A stretch of 64,000 bases of DNA. It comes from a virus. The stretch is from positions 32,001 to 96,000 of the IMG/VR virus record IMGVR_UViG_3300027747_002579, one strand, 5' to 3'. Made by a program: the position numbers and the translations under genes. Below the pieces are notes generated by a model, which was not told the DNA's origin, searched no databases, and saw only the letters and a program-made list of their open reading frames with translations. This document shows positions 47,643 to 57,514 of this stretch, one piece after another (positions within the stretch are counted from its first letter, which is position 1; each line of letters begins with the position of its first letter).

Positions 47643-49870
47643 ACTATTTCGTTTAATGTTTCTGTAATTGGTTTATTCATTTTAATTCCAAAATCCTCAA
47701 AATTTACAGATTGAGAATAATAACTAAATAAGTCTGTAACTAATATACTATAATATTTGATGTTATATGAGTTGCTTATTGAATCAAACAAAGGATTAAT
47801 GAAATGAAGGGTTTTAAATAATGCTTCTATTTGAAGAAATAGAGGATGTATTTCATCATCATACAATCCATGAGTGTCTGCTATAGTTTTCATAGATTGT
47901 TTAAAAGAGTCATTAGCATAAGTGATGTAATGTTTGTTTCTATAAGTTTCTAATTCACACACCTTATCCCTTAAATCCTCACTAACAAGTTTTAAATATT
48001 CGTTCTTTATAAACACTGATTTGTATTTTCGATATAACTCATTAATTATATGAGCAGTGACAACTCTCTTAAACTCTATTGTATTTCCTTCCATAAATTC
48101 ATCATATGTTATCCAGTTCTTTAAATTATGTTCCCTCATTTTAGCTTCTTGTGTAGGAGCAAATATAACCACCTTCACTTCTTTAGACAAACTGTATATT
48201 GCATCTAAATACCCTTTGTTATCCTCTGTAGAATAAATCATCAGTGTGTCATATTCTTTAGACAAATCAAAAGAGTCACTAACAAACTTACAATACTGAC
48301 CAGCAACATCTCTTTCAAGAGCAACACCCACCTTACCAATTATGTTTCCTTTGATTCTTTCTCTTCTCACTGGAGCTATACCACCATTTCTCTTCTTCTT
48401 TTGATTATCAATCCATGTTTGAGGAATTTCAATTTTATCAGCATCTATAAGAAGTTCATGATACATTTTCTCAATGATTTGAAACTCTTTAATTCTCTGT
48501 CTCCATTCACTTTTTGGATGTCTATGCAAAGATAACACACTATTGTAACATTCTCCTTCTCTACCAAACAAGGTGAAAGATTTTGTTTTCTTGAAGAAGT
48601 GAGAGGTTTCATTCCATCCTGTAGGAAGAGTGCTTCTCAAATAATCCTTCTTTTGATTTGTGAGAGTGGTGGTGAAAACATAACATCTATCATCGTCAGC
48701 AAAATTTTTGTAATAATTTGATTCTCTAAACTTACCTCTACACAATTCATATTTCTTTGTATAAGGATGATCAAAATCGTTTCTTTTATTCTTGTATAAA
48801 TAAGAAACATCCAACAATTCAATCCCCTTCACTTTAGGAGAAATAAAACTCATTGTAGAATATTTAGCAATAGAATTAACATTAAGAACCACCTTTCCTT
48901 CTGTTACTATTTTTCTGTCAGAGAAAGAATTAATCAATTCTCTATACATAGTGATTTCTCTAGATGCTTCATTGAATTTATTAATATAATAATCTGCAAC
49001 AAACTGTATTTTCTTAAGTATTTTCTCTTTAGTTTCTTTTGTAATACGAATAGCTTCTCTGTTTGGTGTAGGATAGATGCCATCTGTCAAACTAAATCTC
49101 AATGCTACAGGAAACTCTATTGTTTCTATTCCAAGCTTTTGAAAATCTATAGAATAATAAACATTGTCTAAGCACATGTGCAAATTTCTATCTGTAGATA
49201 GTTCAGAAATCTGAAAGTGTTCACTTCTGGTGATGGTGAACTTATTATCTACACCATCACAATTGAAATAAACATTCTCAAAGTATGCAAGTTGCTCTTT
49301 AATCTTACTCTCAAATGTATATCTATCAGACCATTTAACAGGAATAATCACTTTTACACCATTTGGTTCTGTTGTGTTTTTCTTGTACAACAAATCGATG
49401 GTGTTGAGATCTTCTCCTTCATACATCATGTATTTCCTCTCTACACCATTCTTTCTACAGATGAAATAAAAACTACTACAATATGCAAGAGGGCTCTTGA
49501 ATCCCAAACCAAACATACCAAGCTCTGTATTACTGTTTCTCTTGGTGCTCTTACCATACTTACTAATAATGTTTGCAACATCATCATCATCTAAACCAAC
49601 ACCAAAGTCTTCTACAGAAAACTCATAATTACTACTATCATTAATTTTAAAACTAACAATGATTGGATCTTTCACACCAGCTCTTCTATGACTATCTAGA
49701 GCATTACTAGCACACTCTCTGATAGTGGAGCCTATACCATCTGAATACAGATTTTTACTTAACATCTGCATCAACATTTGAGCAGAATCTAAGTCTAGTG
49801 ACATTCCAATACTTTCTTCACTGTTTCCTGTTGATAGGATTTCTACGTCTGATTGTTTTTCGTTTATCAT
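47639..49870 (-). CDS. rIIA: rIIA-like protein (N-terminal GHKL ATPase)
   Basis: LYSD...IRECASNALDSH, EDFGVGL, STKRNSN..GMFGLGFKSP, NGVKV, TPNREAI. Confidence 0.8.
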   Translation of the reverse strand: MINEKQSDVEILSTGNSEESIGMSLDLDSAQMLMQMLSKNLYSDGIGSTIRECASNALDSHRRAGVKDPIIVSFKINDSSNYEFSVEDFGVGLDDDDVANIISKYGKSTKRNSNTELGMFGLGFKSPLAYCSSFYFICRKNGVERKYMMYEGEDLNTIDLLYKKNTTEPNGVKVIIPVKWSDRYTFESKIKEQLAYFENVYFNCDGVDNKFTITRSEHFQISELSTDRNLHMCLDNVYYSIDFQKLGIETIEFPVALRFSLTDGIYPTPNREAIRITKETKEKILKKIQFVADYYINKFNEASREITMYRELINSFSDRKIVTEGKVVLNVNSIAKYSTMSFISPKVKGIELLDVSYLYKNKRNDFDHPYTKKYELCRGKFRESNYYKNFADDDRCYVFTTTLTNQKKDYLRSTLPTGWNETSHFFKKTKSFTLFGREGECYNSVLSLHRHPKSEWRQRIKEFQIIEKMYHELLIDADKIEIPQTWIDNQKKKRNGGIAPVRRERIKGNIIGKVGVALERDVAGQYCKFVSDSFDLSKEYDTLMIYSTEDNKGYLDAIYSLSKEVKVVIFAPTQEAKMREHNLKNWITYDEFMEGNTIEFKRVVTAHIINELYRKYKSVFIKNEYLKLVSEDLRDKVCELETYRNKHYITYANDSFKQSMKTIADTHGLYDDEIHPLFLQIEALFKTLHFINPLFDSISNSYNIKYYSILVTDLFSYYSQSVNFEDFGIKMNKPITETLNEIV

Positions 49871-49881
49871 TTTCTTGTTTT

Positions 49882-50127
49882 TTATTTATTTGATTTTATA
49901 ATTAGTATATCTCTGTGATTAAGATCTAGATACATGTCTTTTTTAACAATTGTATAGTCATCTAAATCGTTTGTTAAAATGTCACATTTAACAGAACTAT
50001 AAGATCCCCAAGCTCTCTTTGTTGTTTCTTTAGGAATTCCTTTCACTATCACTCTTCTTAAATAACTATTGCTTCCTAAAAGGATTTCATCTCCTTGTTG
50101 TAATTCATCAATTTTTATTATACGCAT
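49882..50127 (-). CDS. Hypothetical protein, paralog of 50108-50443
   Basis: Likely start MRIIKIDEL at 50127. Confidence 0.6.
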   Translation of the reverse strand: MRIIKIDELQQGDEILLGSNSYLRRVIVKGIPKETTKRAWGSYSSVKCDILTNDLDDYTIVKKDMYLDLNHRDILIIKSNK

Positions 50128-50443
50128 AGTTGTCATCTTTTTCAATTAATAATATGTTTCTATAATTTAAATTTACATAAATGTTAACATCATGATCTTC
50201 AAATGTAGGAACATATTCCTTTAAGTTTCTTGTTGCTGTATATGTACCACTACCATATGTCAACACTGTTGTTTTCACCTTTATTGAGCATTTTACACTC
50301 TTCCAATTAACATCATTAGGTATCCATCTTCTTGGTTTTCCTATTACTGGTTTTTTCAACACTGTCATAAATTTCAGCTTTGTATTACTGCTGACAATTA
50401 TATTGTCTCCTACATTTAAGTCTTCCACTTTTACTACTTTCAT
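50108..50443 (-). CDS. Hypothetical protein, paralog of 49882-50127
   Basis: Shared L..GD.I..SN, SVKC.I, Y..LN.R.IL motifs. Confidence 0.6.
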   Translation of the reverse strand: MKVVKVEDLNVGDNIIVSSNTKLKFMTVLKKPVIGKPRRWIPNDVNWKSVKCSIKVKTTVLTYGSGTYTATRNLKEYVPTFEDHDVNIYVNLNYRNILLIEKDDNYAYNKN

Positions 50444-50453
50444 TGTTTATTTT

Positions 50454-51170
50454 TTAAAAAGGTAATAATTCAAGCCATTCAATTTTTATTCCATTATTAT
50501 CCATAAGGATTTTGTTCACTTTACCAAACACACCTTCTGTGTCCCAATCTATGTTTTTATAAGAAGCAGATGCTGGATGGGAAACACAAAAGTTCCAACT
50601 CAAAGGAGAAGTGTATTTTTTATACTTCTCAGCATCCTTACCAATAAATACAATGGGTGCTCCTGTATAAGCAAACACTTCTTCCATTAGATATTTGATA
50701 AATGGTTGCCATAAATCATTATGACTACCTGCTTTATTTGCTTCTACAGTGAGAGCTGCATTTAGCATCAACACACCTTGTTTGCACAAATAAGAAACAT
50801 CTGGTCCTTTTACAGCATTTAAACACAACCCATCGTATAGTTCTCTCTCTACACCACTATAGAATTGTTCTAGAGAAGGCTGTATGTTTCCTGTTACAGA
50901 ACATCCAAATAGCAGTCCATCTGCTACAGGCTCTCCACTTCTTACAGTGTGGTAGGGGCACATCCCCAATAACACTACGTTCAAATTATCAAGAGGAGTT
51001 TCTTTAAAACATCTGAATACATTAGAAGAAAGAGGAGCAATTGTCTTGCCCCTCTTTGATTCGAATTTCAAATGTTTATAAATAGCTTCACATTCCTCAC
51101 TCTCAATAAAGGGCTTCATCTTCACCCACCAACTCTCGTGAAAGTATTCTTTAAACTTTTCCCAATCCAT
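50454..51170 (-). CDS. ung: Family-1 uracil-DNA glycosylase-like protein
   Basis: VVLLGMCPYH, ADGLLF, PSL, QGVLMLNAALTV, GSH..LW, SHPAS. Confidence 0.85.
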   Translation of the reverse strand: MDWEKFKEYFHESWWVKMKPFIESEECEAIYKHLKFESKRGKTIAPLSSNVFRCFKETPLDNLNVVLLGMCPYHTVRSGEPVADGLLFGCSVTGNIQPSLEQFYSGVERELYDGLCLNAVKGPDVSYLCKQGVLMLNAALTVEANKAGSHNDLWQPFIKYLMEEVFAYTGAPIVFIGKDAEKYKKYTSPLSWNFCVSHPASASYKNIDWDTEGVFGKVNKILMDNNGIKIEWLELLPF

Positions 51171-51172
51171 TA

Positions 51173-51943
51173 TTAAAATATTTCTAATTGTGTAAATGCT
51201 GATGTATCAATAGTCATAGGTCTTTTTGGAGAAACCACTGTTCCGCTATTGTCTACAAAAAACTTATGTGTGTTAATGTGAGCACTCATCCAATTTGCAG
51301 GATGTGAGTTCTTTAGAGCAAATGTTACGTGATTGTACAATTCCCAAAGACTTCCTGATGCATTATAATCAAACGTAGGACGCTCCATTTCTCTAGAGAT
51401 GATGTTCAATTGTGTAGACGTAATAAAACACTCTTCCAAAAACAATCTACCAATCAATTCAGCAGAAGTTCTCTTTGTCACTTCTATCTGTTTAAACCCA
51501 TCTCTCTGTTGTTGTAAGTTTCTAAATGCATCTCCTGCCTGTAGAATATAGTCAGAAATAGTGGAAGGAGCAATGGTTTGAATATCTCCTGTATGCTTTC
51601 TCTTGAATGCTCCAAAATCTCCTGCTACAGCTCCATTTTTACAAATAAATATTTGTGTTCCAATTGCAAATTTCAAAGAAAGACTCTTGTCATAGCTATT
51701 CTGCCATCCTATTTGTAATTGCATTTCACTGTCTGCAACATTCTTAATAGTGTATTTAGCATTTGCTATAAGTCCACTTTCTATTGAACTATAACTTTCT
51801 TCATCAATTGCAAACCCTGCTTTACTAATTCCATTTAATGTTAAATCGATTAGTTCTGAATGACTCACTGGTTTGTACGTGTTGCTCTCTACAGGAAGAG
51901 AAACGTTTCTTAAAAAATTCTGTGTTGCTGAATAATTGCTCAT
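51173..51943 (-). CDS. DUF932-like protein
   Basis: YKPVSH, NSYDKS, FICKNG, RKHTG, SLWELYNHVT. Confidence 0.75.
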   Translation of the reverse strand: MSNYSATQNFLRNVSLPVESNTYKPVSHSELIDLTLNGISKAGFAIDEESYSSIESGLIANAKYTIKNVADSEMQLQIGWQNSYDKSLSLKFAIGTQIFICKNGAVAGDFGAFKRKHTGDIQTIAPSTISDYILQAGDAFRNLQQQRDGFKQIEVTKRTSAELIGRLFLEECFITSTQLNIISREMERPTFDYNASGSLWELYNHVTFALKNSHPANWMSAHINTHKFFVDNSGTVVSPKRPMTIDTSAFTQLEIF

Positions 51944-51954
51944 GTTGTTTATTT

Positions 51955-52116
51955 TTATTGATTTTCTGATAATTTGATTAATTCACCAAACCATCTTGTT
52001 AATATACCTTCTAAGTTTTCTATAGAAATACATTCTATTTCTTCTCCCTCTGATGTTTCTAAATATTCAATGTTTTCTTGAATTTCTGTAATTAGCTTTT
52101 TTAATTCTGATTTCAT
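51955..52116 (-). CDS. Hypothetical 53-aa acidic protein (not in ORF track)
   Basis: MKSELKKLITEIQENIEYLETSEGEEIECISIENLEG...; ATGA overlap; fills the gap. Confidence 0.55.
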   Translation of the reverse strand: MKSELKKLITEIQENIEYLETSEGEEIECISIENLEGILTRWFGELIKLSENQ

Positions 52117-52322
52117 ATTAATTGTTTAAAATAGTTATACACTTCTGGAATGTGTTTTTTGTAATAAGGCTGATTGTCTTTACACCATTGTTTTAATTCA
52201 TCTGATGTTTTAAAGGGCTTTTGCCAGCTTTGTCCTGACATAATTGATGTAAATGATGGCTCAAGTTCGTCTATAAAATCTTGAGCTGTCCATCCTTCCC
52301 AAATATGTTTGTTTAAGTTCAT
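52113..52322 (-). CDS. Hypothetical protein
   Basis: 69 aa (IWEGWT...WCKDNQPYYKK). Confidence 0.6.
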   Translation of the reverse strand: MNLNKHIWEGWTAQDFIDELEPSFTSIMSGQSWQKPFKTSDELKQWCKDNQPYYKKHIPEVYNYFKQLI

Positions 52323-53314
52323 AATAATTGTTTTTCTTTTAAATATTCTTCTATAGCATCCATGCCATACTTCTTAGCCCAATCTGCCCAATCTGTAATT
52401 CCTTCTGATAAAAATCTCTTAGGAACATTCAAATATTCAAAATCAAATTGTTTTGTTATTGATTGACTATTCTTCACTCCTGCTTCATCATTATCAAACG
52501 ATAACACTTGTACATCTGAGTTGTCTTTTAAATACTTCACATTCTCTGGAGAAAAGCATCCAATCCCTTCATTCTGTACAGCACAACAATATGGATATAT
52601 TTTCTTCATCACCATGTAGTCTTTCTTGCTCTTGTTAATAAAAGCAATTCTACAATTCTCTACATCTTTCTTTCCATCCATTGTTGTAATAGGCACATTG
52701 TTGGGAACCCATTTGTATTTTTTATCAACAAAAGGTCTGTAGATTTTCCAACTGTTCCCATACAAATATCCAAACCTTAAGTCAGTGTCTTTTAATGAGA
52801 ATAATTGTCTATTCAAATACACTTTTTGAAGCGAATAAATGTTATTAGCTTTCAAATCTTGCTCACTTTGATGATAGGAATTCCAATAATCAAGTTCTTC
52901 TTGTGTAAATCTTCTTGTTACAGCTTGAATGAGCGTATACACCTTTGGCTCTTCAGGACGTTTGTTTTCTTTAATTATGTGAACATTTAAATTCTTCTCA
53001 CCACTTAATATTCCCAGTCCAAAATCTTTATCAATCAATTTCAAAGCATTGTCATAAGAAATATTATACAACATTCTTACAAAATCAAAACAGTTTCCTC
53101 TCTTGCTGCCATCTGAAAAATCAGCAAATAATAAATCATTGTGTTTGTTATTTATAAGAAATGATGGATTGTTTTCATTTCTAAAGGGCGAGTATGTCAC
53201 TTGATTAATTTTCCAATTCTTATTTGGCATGTAATACATAAATATGTCATAATCACTAATCTTAGAAAGAATTGTCTTAGCAGACAGCTGTTCTTTTTTC
53301 ACACCTTTTATCAT
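52319..53314 (-). CDS. DNA primase (crAss-like DnaG/TOPRIM)
   Basis: SPFRNENNPSF, DF...GNCFDFV, KIYRP, KSKKD, FDNDEAG, TDWAD. Confidence 0.85.
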   Translation of the reverse strand: MIKGVKKEQLSAKTILSKISDYDIFMYYMPNKNWKINQVTYSPFRNENNPSFLINNKHNDLLFADFSDGSKRGNCFDFVRMLYNISYDNALKLIDKDFGLGILSGEKNLNVHIIKENKRPEEPKVYTLIQAVTRRFTQEELDYWNSYHQSEQDLKANNIYSLQKVYLNRQLFSLKDTDLRFGYLYGNSWKIYRPFVDKKYKWVPNNVPITTMDGKKDVENCRIAFINKSKKDYMVMKKIYPYCCAVQNEGIGCFSPENVKYLKDNSDVQVLSFDNDEAGVKNSQSITKQFDFEYLNVPKRFLSEGITDWADWAKKYGMDAIEEYLKEKQLL

Positions 53315-53318
53315 AAAA

Positions 53319-53358
53319 CAAATTTAAATAAAAAGCCCCACATTTCTGTGAGGCTTAT
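53319..53358 (-). terminator. Terminator followed by TAAATTTG -7 element upstream of primase
   Basis: Minus strand AAGCCTCACAGAAATGTGGGGCTTTTT, then TAAATTTG (53319-53326), TTTT, ATG. Confidence 0.65.
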
Positions 53359-53380
53359 TATTAAAGAAAAGAAAGGATTA

Positions 53381-54238
53381 TTAATAATCTCCGTCATCCT
53401 CTAGAATCACCTTGTTACTTTCTACAAGATTATCATCAGGATTGTAGTCTCTCATATCATCTAGTGTATAATAGTCTTTACAACCATATTCACCTTTGAT
53501 GTCTATTACAAATCTCTCATAAGGCTTCAAGTCTTTAGATTTCTTCAGAGCAAGTCTTTTAATGGTTTGATCGTCCCATTTAATTAGTCTGATTTGTTTC
53601 ATAGCATATTCAGGAAGAAATGCTTTGTTGTAAACACCCTGATAGGTTTTCACCTCTCCATCTTTCTCTACAGATTTAACTATCGCAAGAGCAACAAATG
53701 GTGTACAAAACTCTCCACCAATTTGCTCTTTCAAATCTTTAACATTACCTCTAATCAATTTCTTCCATTCAATCTGTAATGTGGTGTCTTTGTCTCTGTA
53801 ATCAAGACCACCTAACCAATTTCTTACAAAGTTGTAAAAGTCTTCTTCTCCCACCTTTGCTGTACGACATTCTCTCTCAAGAAACCAAGAAGGAAGAGAA
53901 TCTTTATCCACTCCCCAAGATGTTGTTCCTACAGTGTTGATGAATTGTGTCTTTGTACAATCTCTGTTCTCTTTCTTTCTATCTTCTAAATAAAATCCCA
54001 CTTTGAACTTCATCTTTGTTTTCACTTCTTCAATCCAAAAGTCCACTCTCACTGTGTCATAACCATCTTTAGAAGTTCCAAGATATTCTGTCATCTTAGA
54101 ATCTTCTTTGAGTTCAATGCCCAATACATCTTTGTACTCTTCAATTGTAGGATTGATAGCAATTACGTTTGCTAAAAATAGTCCCACTTTCTTCTCATAG
54201 TTTTCTGTTTGCTGTTTTTTTGATCCGCTGATACTCAT
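53381..54238 (-). CDS. Putative ssDNA-binding protein
   Basis: 285 aa with acidic C-terminal tail (LEDDGDY); lies between AAA ATPase and primase. Confidence 0.5.
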   Translation of the reverse strand: MSISGSKKQQTENYEKKVGLFLANVIAINPTIEEYKDVLGIELKEDSKMTEYLGTSKDGYDTVRVDFWIEEVKTKMKFKVGFYLEDRKKENRDCTKTQFINTVGTTSWGVDKDSLPSWFLERECRTAKVGEEDFYNFVRNWLGGLDYRDKDTTLQIEWKKLIRGNVKDLKEQIGGEFCTPFVALAIVKSVEKDGEVKTYQGVYNKAFLPEYAMKQIRLIKWDDQTIKRLALKKSKDLKPYERFVIDIKGEYGCKDYYTLDDMRDYNPDDNLVESNKVILEDDGDY

Positions 54239-54250
54239 CTTTCTTGATTT

Positions 54251-54922
54251 TTAATTATAATAATTGTTAATACTATCCACCACCATTTGTAAATTATTAG
54301 GAATCTTCACTTCTGCAAACATTCCATCAGGAGACTTAGCAGGAAACTTCTTATGACGATTTGTTAACAAGCTGTAAGTCATCTTTCCTTCTTTAGTTTC
54401 TTCTACACAAGTGTATAAACACACTGTAAGAAGTCCTTCTAAAAGAATTTGATTGTCAATAAGCTTACCTGCTGTCTTTATCTTCCATCCTACAATATCT
54501 CCACCATCTTCAATGGTTTCTGGATGTGTGAAATAAAATACAATAATGTCTTCTCTAAGTGTTCTTGCTTCTCTAAAGAGCTCCACCATATCTTTAGCCA
54601 TTAAACTAAATTTCTCATAGCCCTTCTCTGTTGCTTTAGCCACCATATTAAATCCCATAATGTAATTAGAGTCTTCAATGATGATGTTTTTAATGTGAGG
54701 AGCTTTGTCTGAAATAGTGCGTAACAATCTAGAGATTTCATTAGCATCGTCCACTTCCTTGTAATTCTTGTTCTCTTTGTTGTAAAGTTTTTCACTTCCT
54801 TTAAAGGGCAGCTCTTTCTTAGCTACATTAATGATGTACGTTTCTTCTGGATTTAAGTATTTGATGGATGTAGACTTCCCTGTCCCTGTTTCTCCAACAA
54901 TACCAATTAATTTACTTGCCAT
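54251..54922 (-). CDS. AAA_24/Sak4-like ATPase
   Basis: GETGTGKSTS Walker A, IIEDS, THPE, KTAGKLID, AKSP. Confidence 0.75.
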   Translation of the reverse strand: MASKLIGIVGETGTGKSTSIKYLNPEETYIINVAKKELPFKGSEKLYNKENKNYKEVDDANEISRLLRTISDKAPHIKNIIIEDSNYIMGFNMVAKATEKGYEKFSLMAKDMVELFREARTLREDIIVFYFTHPETIEDGGDIVGWKIKTAGKLIDNQILLEGLLTVCLYTCVEETKEGKMTYSLLTNRHKKFPAKSPDGMFAEVKIPNNLQMVVDSINNYYN

Positions 54923-54948
54923 GTTTATTTGATTTTTAATTGATTTGA

Positions 54949-55143
54949 TTATAAAGATACGTCAATAATCTCAGAAGTTAAAATACTTTTTTTGTATATA
55001 CAAGAAGGATTATTTTTTATTGATTCTTTCATGTCATTAATCTTATCTAAATTATAACTTCCTGTAATATACTTTCCATCAATGTGTATTTCATACCAAC
55101 TGTTTTGTCCAATTTTCTCTTCTCTGATGATTTCAATTTTCAT
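54949..55143 (-). CDS. Hypothetical protein
   Basis: 64 aa within the operon. Confidence 0.55.
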   Translation of the reverse strand: MKIEIIREEKIGQNSWYEIHIDGKYITGSYNLDKINDMKESIKNNPSCIYKKSILTSEIIDVSL

Positions 55144-56215
55144 AATATTTGATTTTTGATGCGTCTAATAATTCTAAGCTTTGTTTAATTTTCTTTAATT
55201 CTGGAGCCTCATTTAAACATAAAATGTGTAAATCAGCTTTCTTTCCTCTGTAGTCAAGCTTGATGGCTCTATTAAGAATCTGCGATGTTTCTTCAGCATT
55301 GTATGTGAAGTTTAACAGAATAACAGAATCTAAATCACTGTATGTCACTCCCATCTTGCCCATAGCAGCTAATGCTAAATGATTAAATGTTCTTTTCTGA
55401 AACTCCTTGTAATTATCATCATTCTTTGATTTAGAATGATAGGAAGGAATACCAATCTCATCAGCCACTTTAGCAAGTCCTGTAAACACTAACACTCTTT
55501 TATCAGAAAGACTATCTAAAAGCATTCTTAAGTGATTCATCTTTCCTATAGAAGACATAGAGAGCCTGTTTCTTGCTAATGCTAAATGCATGAAGTTTTC
55601 TTGTTTCCTCTTCAATGTCTCAATCACCCATGTGTAGGCTCTGTATTTCTCTTTCTCAGTTTTCTTCTTGCCATTCTTGTCTTCCATCTTGACAACATCG
55701 TCTAGGTTAACAATGTGAACAGAGATTTGATAGTCTGCAAGAATTCCGTCTTCTATACCATCAATTGTACTATAGACACCTATCCTATCTAAACACCACT
55801 CCTCATCTGTTTCAACACTCACTGTTCCTGATAGAGCAAGTGTATTGTTGCTTCTGCTCATTATTTCTTCACAATACGAACGCTCTGTGCTGCTGGCAGC
55901 GTGGAATTCATCAATAATAAAGAAATCTGTTCTATCCATAGTGTGTTTCTTCAGAGAGCTGAAGTTAACATATCTAATGTTGGGGTTGGAATATTCCCAT
56001 TTCTCAAACTCAGAAATCCATACGTCTCTAAGTTTGTTGTCTGGATAGGCAACTAATACATTAATAGGACTGACAGGAAGTCTCTTCAACACTTCTATAG
56101 AGATTCTGCATTTACCTATTCTCATAGCCAATTCCAAATATCCTACAGAATTGTCTTTAAAGAATTCTAATGTGTTGTTAATAAATCTTTCTTGTATTTC
56201 GTCTTGTTTTGTCAT
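55133..56215 (-). CDS. SF2 helicase-like protein
   Basis: MRIGKC (variant Walker A), IIDEFH, LALSGT, Q...R. Confidence 0.75.
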   Translation of the reverse strand: MTKQDEIQERFINNTLEFFKDNSVGYLELAMRIGKCRISIEVLKRLPVSPINVLVAYPDNKLRDVWISEFEKWEYSNPNIRYVNFSSLKKHTMDRTDFFIIDEFHAASSTERSYCEEIMSRSNNTLALSGTVSVETDEEWCLDRIGVYSTIDGIEDGILADYQISVHIVNLDDVVKMEDKNGKKKTEKEKYRAYTWVIETLKRKQENFMHLALARNRLSMSSIGKMNHLRMLLDSLSDKRVLVFTGLAKVADEIGIPSYHSKSKNDDNYKEFQKRTFNHLALAAMGKMGVTYSDLDSVILLNFTYNAEETSQILNRAIKLDYRGKKADLHILCLNEAPELKKIKQSLELLDASKIKYYEN

Positions 56216-56457
56216 TAATACATTTTTATAATTGTTCCGTTATCATCTGTTATTCGAATAACGTTTAGTTCTTGTTCCAATCGTGATGTCAATGTTTCAA
56301 ATACATATTGCAAGTTTCCCATCATCATTGTCATAAACATAAAGAATTGATCTTTTGGAAGTTCGTATTTTTTATCTCTATGCTCTTGATAATATACATA
56401 CAATACATCTTGTGGATTGTTAGACATCATAATGTCTATGTATTCTTGTTTAGTCAT
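56215..56457 (-). CDS. Hypothetical protein
   Basis: 80 aa, coupled. Confidence 0.6.
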   Translation of the reverse strand: MTKQEYIDIMMSNNPQDVLYVYYQEHRDKKYELPKDQFFMFMTMMMGNLQYVFETLTSRLEQELNVIRITDDNGTIIKMY

Positions 56458-57514
56458 TGTTTAAAAAGTATGTCTTATTAATAATACTCTCATAGTCTGC
56501 ATCAGTGATGTCTTTCTTCTTAGGAAGCTCCTTGAACATTCCTACATTTCCCAAGAAACCAAGTCCTACACGTAAGTCATCCTCACCATAACTGTTCTTA
56601 ATAAGTCTGAGGCTCCTGAAATATTTAGCACCAAATTGATCTTTGAGTTTTGAGAGTTCATATCCAGAAGGATCTGCCACTTTATATCTCATAGGATCAA
56701 ATAGTGCCAATACAACATCTGCGTCATTTTGTGTAGAGGAACTCTCTGCAAAGTCTTCGAGCTGAGGCTCTACGTCACCATTTTTAAGTCTTGTGACATT
56801 AGAGATACTTCTGTTAAACTGACTCACAACCACTGGAGAATAGCCATAAAAGTCCCTTACAAAACGAAGCTCATCACTCATCTTATCAATAGCATCTTTC
56901 TTTGTAGGATGATCTTTTGTTGTCTTTAAGAGCCCTACGTGGTCTATGATGACAAGTGTCACTTCATTCTCATTGTTAGGAATATAAATCTTGTTGTATT
57001 CATCCACTTCTTCCACTACACCATTTTTCATAGCATGAGCTCGTAATTGCTTTGATATTCCTATAGGGTTTTCTGGACCATCTATAATGGTGACAATGTC
57101 CATCAATTGATTAATGTAGTCTTCATACATCATAACAAGATCGTGCTCGTCCTTAGTCATCAGTTCTGTCCATCCTAAGATTTTAGAAATGGGAATAATA
57201 ACACCATGGTCTAGAAATATCTTTCTACTCACCCATTTAGAGAGTTTGTATGTTTTACTTCTCTCCATAGAACGATAGATGATTTTCAGTTTTATATCAG
57301 ACTTGTTCTTAGAAATATACCAATCTACAGGATTTAGAACATATGCATCATCAATAAACGATGTCTTGCCTGAACCTGTATTCCCACCAACAAGAGTGTA
57401 AATACGTTTTCTGATTCCTATATAATTGTTAAGACGAGGAAAACCCATAGGAATCCCTTTATTCTTACCAAGCATACCTTTCTCCACCTCGTTTCTTAAC
57501 AATTCAAAGCTCAT
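56450..57514 (-). CDS. dnaB: DnaB-like replicative helicase
   Basis: GGNTGSGKTSF, SME, IIDHVGL, VSQFNR, DFAESS...DADVVL, KNSYG. Confidence 0.88.
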   Translation of the reverse strand: MSFELLRNEVEKGMLGKNKGIPMGFPRLNNYIGIRKRIYTLVGGNTGSGKTSFIDDAYVLNPVDWYISKNKSDIKLKIIYRSMERSKTYKLSKWVSRKIFLDHGVIIPISKILGWTELMTKDEHDLVMMYEDYINQLMDIVTIIDGPENPIGISKQLRAHAMKNGVVEEVDEYNKIYIPNNENEVTLVIIDHVGLLKTTKDHPTKKDAIDKMSDELRFVRDFYGYSPVVVSQFNRSISNVTRLKNGDVEPQLEDFAESSSTQNDADVVLALFDPMRYKVADPSGYELSKLKDQFGAKYFRSLRLIKNSYGEDDLRVGLGFLGNVGMFKELPKKKDITDADYESIINKTYFLNND

